The notes below the pieces were generated by a model that had not been told where the DNA came from, made no database searches, and saw only the letters and a program-made list of their open reading frames with translations. From NCBI GenBank assembly GCA_951406725.2, contig OX597815.1, forward strand, positions 82,088,001-82,152,000: 64,000 nt of DNA. Reading direction: 5' to 3'. This DNA comes from Octopus vulgaris. Its lineage: Eukaryota. A program made the translations under genes and the position numbers. This document shows, in pieces, positions 55,927-64,000 of the stretch (its first letter is position 1; the number at the start of each line of letters is the position of its first letter).

Positions 55927-55932
<6 letters not shown>
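55529..55932. repeat. 135-bp inverted repeat (3 mismatches) in a (TA)n-flanked insert
   Basis: 55529-55663 vs 55798-55932. Confidence 0.93.
55694..55735 (-). ncRNA. Minimal type I hammerhead with U3-A8 covariant core
   Basis: GCTGCA-TTGAAAA-GGGG(CAATA)CCCC-GAAA-CGTG-TC-TGTAGC. Confidence 0.75.
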
Positions 55933-55997
<65 letters not shown>

Positions 55998-56709
55998 ATA
56001 TGTATGTATACATATATATGTATGTATGTATATATGTATATATATACGACGGGTTTCATTCAGTTTCTGTCTACTGAATCCACTCACAAGGCTTTGTATG
56101 TGTATGTATTTGTTTGTGCGTCTGTGTTTGTCCCCCACCCACAGCTTGACAATCAATGCTGGTGTGATTATGTCCTCGTAACTTAGCTGTTCGGCAACAG
56201 GGACCGATAGAATACGTACTTCACTTTCAAGAAATAAGTCCTGAGGTCGATTTGTTCGACTGAAACAATCAAAAGAATAAAAGAATACGAAATAAAGCAA
56301 TATAAAAACGTGAGCTAGCATAAAAGTTGTTAATCCTTGGCGCCAATCCGATCCCTTCTACCGCTTCTTAAACCGTTTCCATTCCAAAATGAGACAAACA
56401 ACAAAGAAATCAAACAACTTTTTCGCATTTCAGCTTTATAGGTATTGATGATGGAGGGAAGGAAGGAAAGAGAGCTAGGAAGATAGGGTGATATCGGAAA
56501 GAGAGAAACGACAAGCATTTGTCAAAGTCTGGGTTTTGTTACCCTAGTAACCACAGCTTTTGAGATAGCGGTTTTTAACCTAGTCCAGTCGCTTCCTCGC
56601 CTCTTTTTACATGTCTCTGTAAATTTTGGCGCCAATCCGACCCCATCTACCGGCCCTTGAACCGTTCCCATCCCAAAATGAGACAAACAAATTTTTCGCA
56701 CATCAGCTT

Positions 56710-56770
<61 letters not shown>

Positions 56771-57094
56771 TGTGTGTGTGTGTGTGTGTGTGTACATTTA
56801 CGTGTGCGTATGTATGCGCGCGCAAGTGTGTGTTTGTATCCCCCTACCGCTTAACAACCGGTGCTGGTGTATGTACATCCCCGAAACAGTAGTTCGGTAA
56901 AAGATACCGATAAAACAAGTACCAGGCTTTTAAATCTAAGAAAAAATAAACGGAAAAGAAATACCGGGGTCGATACGTTTGAGTAAAAATTCTTCAAAGC
57001 GGTGCCCCAGCATGGCCGCAGTCAAATGACTGAAACTAGTAAAGAATTAAAGAAAATATCTATCTATGTATGTATCTATCTATCTATCTGTTTG

Positions 57095-57190
<96 letters not shown>

Positions 57191-57927
57191 GGAATAAGCG
57201 GAGCAAGAGCACATACAAAGACGGAATGAGTCGCTGTAGAGGTCACAGATTTCCGGACAATGGACAAGAGTTAGAATGCGAAGAATAATGAAAGCGTGAA
57301 GAACGAATATATACTGCGTGTGTTTATGTTGGAAAAAAATGACCATCCTGATATACAATATACTGTGGCTTTGTGGTAAGTAACTTGTTTAGTAACCACA
57401 TGGTTCCGGGTTCAGTCCCACTGCGTGGCACCTTTGGAAAATGTCTTCTACTATAGCCTCGGGCCCATAGTAGATATGTATGTATGTATGTATGTAAGTA
57501 TGTATGTATGTATGTATGTATGTATGTATGTATGTGTTTATGTGTCTGTGTTTGACACTTGAAAACTGATGTTAGTGTGTTTACGTCCCCGTAACTTAAC
57601 GGTTCGGCAAAAGCCACTGATAGGATAAGTACTAGGCTTACAATGAATGTCCTGGGATTGATTTGCACCTGCAGTCCATAGGGTGCAACATGTATAAGAT
57701 AAAAGAAGCGATGTTTATATATATTCTTTTATTCTTTTATTTGTTTCAGTTATTTGACTGCCGCCATGCTGGAGCACTACCTTTTTTGTCGAAGAAATCG
57801 ACCCCGCGTCTTATTCTTTGTAATCATTGTACTTATTCCATCGGTTCATTTTGCCGAACCGCTATGTTACAGGGACCTAAACACACCACCATCGGTTGTC
57901 AAATGATGACACAGACACAGAAACATA

Positions 57928-57990
<63 letters not shown>

Positions 57991-58799
57991 TTATATGTTT
58001 CAATGTATGAATGTATATATCCATGTGTGTATGTAGGTGTATATGGATGAATGGATGTGTATGCGTGTGTATATGTATTCATCTGTGTATGTGTGTATTT
58101 ATATATGTATACGTATACAGACATATACACATATATATATATATATGTATGTATGTATGTATATATATATATACGACGGGCTTCTTTCAGATTCCGTCTA
58201 CCAAATCCCGAGGCTATAGTAGAGGACATTTGCCCAAGGTGCCACACAGTGGGACTAAACACGAAACCATGTGGTTGGGAAGCAAGTTTCTTACTACACA
58301 CCCCAGCCACGCCTGCGCCTATACATGTATATGCATGAGAGAAAGAGAAAGGAGTGTGTGTATGTGTGTATGTGTGTGTCTGTGCAATTTGAATTGCATA
58401 TGTACATTTCTGCTTTCTTGAGTGTCTGCACGTTGCATGGGCGGACGGTTCACCTAGTCTTGTTTTGCGGTAAGCATAAAGTGGGTGCATAAACACTTTG
58501 ATATAATTTTTGTTGAAATTGTTGTTGCTGTGGTAGTTGCTGTAGTTGTTGTTGCTGTTGTTGGTGGTGGTGGTGGTGGTGGCGTCGGCGGAGTGTCGTT
58601 GTTGAGGATCTTTAGCTTTAGGTCAGGCTTTGATGGAGCAGACCTATGGCACATACATTACAGTGTAACCGCACACCACGCTCTCACTTCAACCACACAC
58701 CCACTTCAGATATATGTATGAATGTATGTATAAATATATATACCTACGTACGTATGAGCGGGCGTAAATGTGGTCAGCGTGTGTGTGTGTTTATAAATG

Positions 58800-58961
<162 letters not shown>

Positions 58962-58962
58962 C

Positions 58963-59052
<90 letters not shown>

Positions 59053-59055
59053 ACA

Positions 59056-59086
<31 letters not shown>

Positions 59087-59914
59087 GTACATATATATTT
59101 GTGTGTGCATAAAAAGAAGGAAAGAAAGAAAAAAGAAAGACAAAAAGAAGGAGTGTAGGTATAGTGGCATGAATGTGTCCAGACAGTAGTAAAGAGACAG
59201 TAGTAACAATAGACGGTTGGTCAGAGATGGGCTGGCAGCAGTCTGGCACCAAAGTGGGTGAGTAGACATATTTGATATAGCAAATGGTAATTGGAAACAC
59301 ATACACTCATGTGTAAATGTGGTGTGTGAGTATGTGTATGTGTGTGTGCGTGCGCGCGATAACAATTGACTACTGGATACATATACATATAAACCAGCAT
59401 TGTGCTCTTATGTATGTATGTATGTATGTATGTATGTATGTATGTATGTATGTATGTATGTATGTATGTATGTATGTATGTATGTATGCATGTATGTATG
59501 CATGCATGTATGTATGTATGTTTGTATGTTTGTATGTTTGAATCCATGTATGTATATATCCATGTATGTATGTAGGTGTGTATGGATGAATGGATGTGTA
59601 TGCGTGTGTATGTATTCATCTGTGTATGTGTGTATTTATATATGCATACGTATACAGACATATGCATGCGCATACATATATATATATATATATATATATG
59701 TGCATATACATATACGTACATGTATTTAAGTATGAGTATACGGTACATGTATTTATACATATATACCTGTATATATGCGTGCAGGGACATATGTATCTAT
59801 ATATGCATGCATGGATATATGCATGTATGTAGACAGCAAGAAGACGTGCACAAGAAATGTATGTAAATACGTCTGTCTATATGTCTGTCTGTATGTATGT
59901 TATTTTTTTTTGTA

Positions 59915-60347
59915 ATTACTCTTTTACTCTCTTTACTCTTTTACTTGTTTCAGTCATTTGACTGCGGCCATGCTGGAGCACCGCCTTTAGTCGATCAAAT
60001 CGACCCCGGGACTTATTGTTTGTAAGCCCAGTACTTATTTTATCGGTCTCTTTTGCCGAGCCGCTAAGTGACGGGGACGTAAACACACCAGCATCGGTTG
60101 TCAAGCAATGCTAGGGGGACAAACACACACACACAAACACTCACACAAACACACACACACACATATATATATATACATATATACGACAGGCTTCTTTCAG
60201 TTTCCGTCTGCCAAATCCACTCACAAGGCATTGGTCGGCCCGGGGCTATAGCAGAAGACACTTGCCCAAGATGCCACGCAGTGGGACTGAACCCGAAATC
60301 ATGTGGTTGGTTAGCAAGCTACTTACCACACAGCCACTTCTGCGCCT
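59915..60347 (-). mobile_element. Full-length family A SINE
   Basis: Head to (TAAAAGAG)n tail intact. Confidence 0.92.
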
Positions 60348-60710
60348 AATTATTTGCTTTCTAATAATAAAGACAGTGCTGGTGTCTAACAAAGAAACAA
60401 AGCTTCACCGCTTGTTGAAGCAATACTTGAAGAAAGTTGTATGTTGGTTTTCGGAAATTTTTTCGTACTTCTTTGTTTCGCTTACAGATTGTGCCTGTAA
60501 ACTTCGTATAAAGTGGTAACATAAAGTGTCTAAAAGACATCACGTTTCCAATACTATGACTTAGAAAATTACTAACATATCCGAGTGGACCAATAATTAT
60601 ACATACAAATCGAAATTAATCATCTGGATTGATAAGCTATTGCTTTCGAGGTAGTTGTCAGCAAATATTCTTTTTCTATCTGAATTTGAAGGGAATGTTT
60701 TACATGTATA

Positions 60711-60872
60711 GGTGCAGGAGTGGCTGTGTGGTAAGTAGCTTGCTTACCAATCACATGGTTCCAGGTTCAGTCCCACTGCGTGGCACCTTGGGCAAGAGTC
60801 TTCTGCTGTAGCCTCGGTTCGACCAAAGCCTTGTGAGTGGATTTGGTAGACGGTAACTGAAAGAAGGCCGTC

Positions 60873-60926
<54 letters not shown>

Positions 60927-61190
60927 ATGTGTGTGTGTGTGTGTGTGCGTATGTGTGTTTGTGTGTGTGTGTGTGTGTATGTGTGTGTGTTTGTCCCCCC
61001 CCCAACATCGCTTGACAACCGATGCTGGTGTGTTTACGTCCCCGTAACTTAGCGGTTCGTCAAAAGAGACCGATAGAATAAGTACTAGGCTTACAAAGAA
61101 TAAGTCCTGGGATCATTTTGCTCGACTAAAGGCGTTTTTTCTAGCATATCGTAGTCAAATGACTGAAACAAGTAAAAGAGTAAAAAGAGT
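60711..61190 (+). mobile_element. Full-length family A SINE (reference copy); further copies/fragments at ~6735-7385, 50660-50870, 56045-56285, 57365-57665, 57725-58322
   Basis: A box TGGCTGTGTGG, B box GGTTCAGTCCC, CCTTGGGCAAG core, internal (TA)n(TG)n, tail GTCAAATGACTGAAACAAGTAAAAGAG. Confidence 0.92.
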
Positions 61191-63349
61191 ATGTATAGGG
61201 CAGCTGGCGTCTACAGCTTTATTTGGTTTCTTGACTTCTGCCCGAACAACTGTTTCTGGTCTCTTATTTCTGCATTCAGCAGAAGCTTTTTGATGCGTTT
61301 ATTCAACCGCTGCTCTGCTCGTATGTGTTGAAGCGAATGCATGAGTTCAGCAATAGAAGTAGTTTCGATATTTACCCCAAGTCAGTCATTTCTACGGATG
61401 GTATTGCATAGTGTTTGCAGTAATATGATACCGTGAAGGTGAAGGCGGCGACCTGACAGAATTGTTAGCACACCGGGTAAAATGCTTAACAGAATTTGTC
61501 CGACCCTACTTTCTGAGTTCAAATTCTGTTGACGTTGACTTTGCTTTTCATCCCTTCGTAGCTGCTAAAATAAGTACCTGTTGAACCCTGAGGTCGATGT
61601 AATCGACTTTCCCCTTCTCCGTGGTCGCTGGCCTAAGGCCAAAATTTAAAATCAATATCATATCGTAAAGGCGAATGGCTTAATGGCTAGGGTGTTGCAC
61701 TTCCGATTACTAGTTCGTGTGTTCGATTCATGGACCAGGCGGCGCATGGTATTGTAGAGTAAACCACTTCATTTGACGTTGTTCTCGGTCAGTGGCAGAA
61801 TTGTTGACCTGTTGGCAGAGATGCTTTAATAGTACAACTTCTGGCTTTGAATTCAAATCCCACCTGCCAGGAGAATGCAACGGGAAACAACTCTGGTGTT
61901 AATTCCAGGTGTAATCATGGTAAGCGAATTAGTAATCTACTTAATAGCGATGCGGGAGGGTACAGGCTCTCCCAGGTCGTATAGAAAGTGCTGGAGAAGG
62001 TTCACAGCTCAAGACTTACCTAAGAGTTCACAATCACTAGACTGGAATATCAGCCTATCTTAATAGGCAACTGCTGATCACATTTGCCATAACACCCACA
62101 TAAATGTAACATAATCAACATTTTTGGTCGCATCGCGGAAGGTTTGACAGCTTTGCTCTCTCTTTGGTTCAATGGATTTGTAGTTATCGCCTACTATTAG
62201 ATTGCACAACCTTTGGTAATGTCACGTGGCCTAACGCAGTGCAGTCTTAAGGCATGGATACACTGAGCAGTTGACCGGACGCTTCACAGGTGTTGGGACC
62301 CAATTCCGGTCTCCGTATAGTTTACTATCAAGAAATAAATATTGGTTTCAAATTTTGGCACAAAGCCAGCAATTTCGCGGGGAGGAGTAAATCGATTACA
62401 TCGATCCCAATGCTCAACTGGTACATATGTTATTGACCCTGAAATGTTGAACGGAAAAGTCGACTTCAACAGAATTAATACACAGATCATAAAGACGGAC
62501 GTAAAATAGCGTTCAGTATTTTAATCGTTATACTAATCATGCCTTGTCAAAGAAAAATTAGTGATTTCAAATTTTGACACTAGGTCAACAATTTCGAGTG
62601 TGAGGGTAAGTCAATTACACCGACCCTAGTTTTTCAACTGATACTTATTTGATCGTCCCCGAAAGGACAAGAGCCAAAGTCATGTCGGCAGAATTTGAAT
62701 TCAAAATGGACGATGTGCCTGTCACTCAGTATTTTCAAGAAGGACGAAATGTCACTCAGCATTTTCCCGCCGTGCTAACTATTCTTTCAGTTCGATTCAT
62801 TTGTCAATATATAAATATTAAAGGGCTCAATGCATTGATTTGCCCAAGGGGCTATAATGCTGCTAAGACATCCTGGTCTAAGAGAAGCTGCTCTACTTGC
62901 TAATGTTAGCATTGTTCTCAAGTTAAGAAGAAGCTCACCTATTTTTATTATGCAAACTGTTTATCTTCCAAGTTTTTGTCGAGGCACGTCAGTTCAGCAC
63001 CAGGAATAACATGGAAAGTTTATCAAAGAGAACTTATTGAAGGATTCATATGCGACTCGTAGGATGTTGTCTTGACTTATAAGCTTTTACATATTGCTTC
63101 AGATTTTGTTTCTGCTATTGTTTATCAGATACCATCTGAGAGATACTACAACAACTTTCGAAGTTGTTCCCCTCTCTTTTCTTCTGCGAGGAGTCTATCT
63201 GTATTACCATTTCTGTAGAAGCTTCTACATGATGAGCGGATTTTGTGGGTTTTAATTCCCCGAAATAGATTTCTTCTATTTAGGAAACAGTTTCTATGCA
63301 TCCTACTGTCAAATATGACCACTTATTTCGAATAAATTCCGTCCCTAAG

Positions 63350-63553
63350 GGTTGTCTCTAAACCTAGCTCTTTCTTAGTACTGAAAGCATTTCCTGCATA
63401 TATCTTAAACGTAATCGTATGAAAAATCTCTTTTTAGACACTCTGGGTGTAAACTACACTACTAGGCTATGAATGACGTCATAAAACCGTAGGACGCGAG
63501 CTCGCAGTGTTTACACCCATATTGTCTATAAGCGAAATTTCTTAGGAGACAAC
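63350..63553. repeat. Small palindromic MITE-like element
   Basis: Inner IR TAGACACTCTGGGTGTAAAC / GTTTACACCCATATTGTCTA; outer IR GTTGTCTC / GAGACAAC. Confidence 0.5.
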
Positions 63554-63740
63554 TTGAGCAGCATATTGTTTTCTCTGTCCAAATGTACAGGAACATATCA
63601 AATATGGCTAAAGATAATTATATTGTATTCAACGCTTAGTACACTTCTAATTAAGATGTATATATCTATATATATCTACACACACACATATCTATATATA
63701 TATATATGTATGCATGTGTGTATGTGTGTATGTATGTAAA

Positions 63741-63780
<40 letters not shown>

Positions 63781-64000
63781 TGTCTGTCTGTCTGTCTGTA
63801 TAGGCACAGTATGGTTGAATGGTTAAAAGGTTCGTTTCACAACCTCTAACTCCCAGGATCAACCTCACTGTGCGGTCTTTTGGGCAAGTGTCATTTTCCT
63901 CAGACGAACTCAGATCGAACTATACGTGTGAGTGAAATTGGGAAGACGGAAACTACATAGAAGCTTATTGGTTGGATCGCACTAAAATTCAAGAGATAAA

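Noticed and set aside
61200-63345. Coding-like minus-strand patches (QRLNKRIKK..QKQLF; NTDRL; NVISSC) suggestive of an R4/Dong LINE
   Set aside because: Too decayed and out of order to delimit without a homology search.

Overview
AT-rich, microsatellite-saturated animal genomic DNA. The tRNA-derived SINE families and (TA)n/(CA)n/(ATAC)n density look like an octopus genome (inference from recalled repeat families). No host protein-coding gene can be supported: most ORFs in the track are microsatellite artefacts, and the real coding remnants are transposon-derived. These include three Penelope-like elements (PLEs; RT and GIY-YIG), a hAT transposase, three mariners, Tc1-like and pogo-like elements, R4/Dong-type LINE fragments, a small Helitron, many SINEs and one near-canonical tRNA-Asp carrying a SINE-type tail. 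The most striking signal is at 39290-40367. It is a young, non-coding, highly structured 485/486-nt unit with a complete type I hammerhead ribozyme. It is integrated in a (TA)n tract as two inverted arms, each longer than one unit and circularly permuted, which is the expected footprint of a reverse-transcribed circular RNA (retrozyme/viroid-like). About seven other inserts share the inverted-arm architecture, most of them next to (TA)n tracts. Several carry hammerheads, including U3-A8 covariant cores, which points to a PLE-driven ribozyme-retroelement system. A triple-nested DNA transposon stack (hAT > 8-bp-TSD MITE > foldback) lies at 26600-32515. All alignments and folds were read by eye; identities are approximate.
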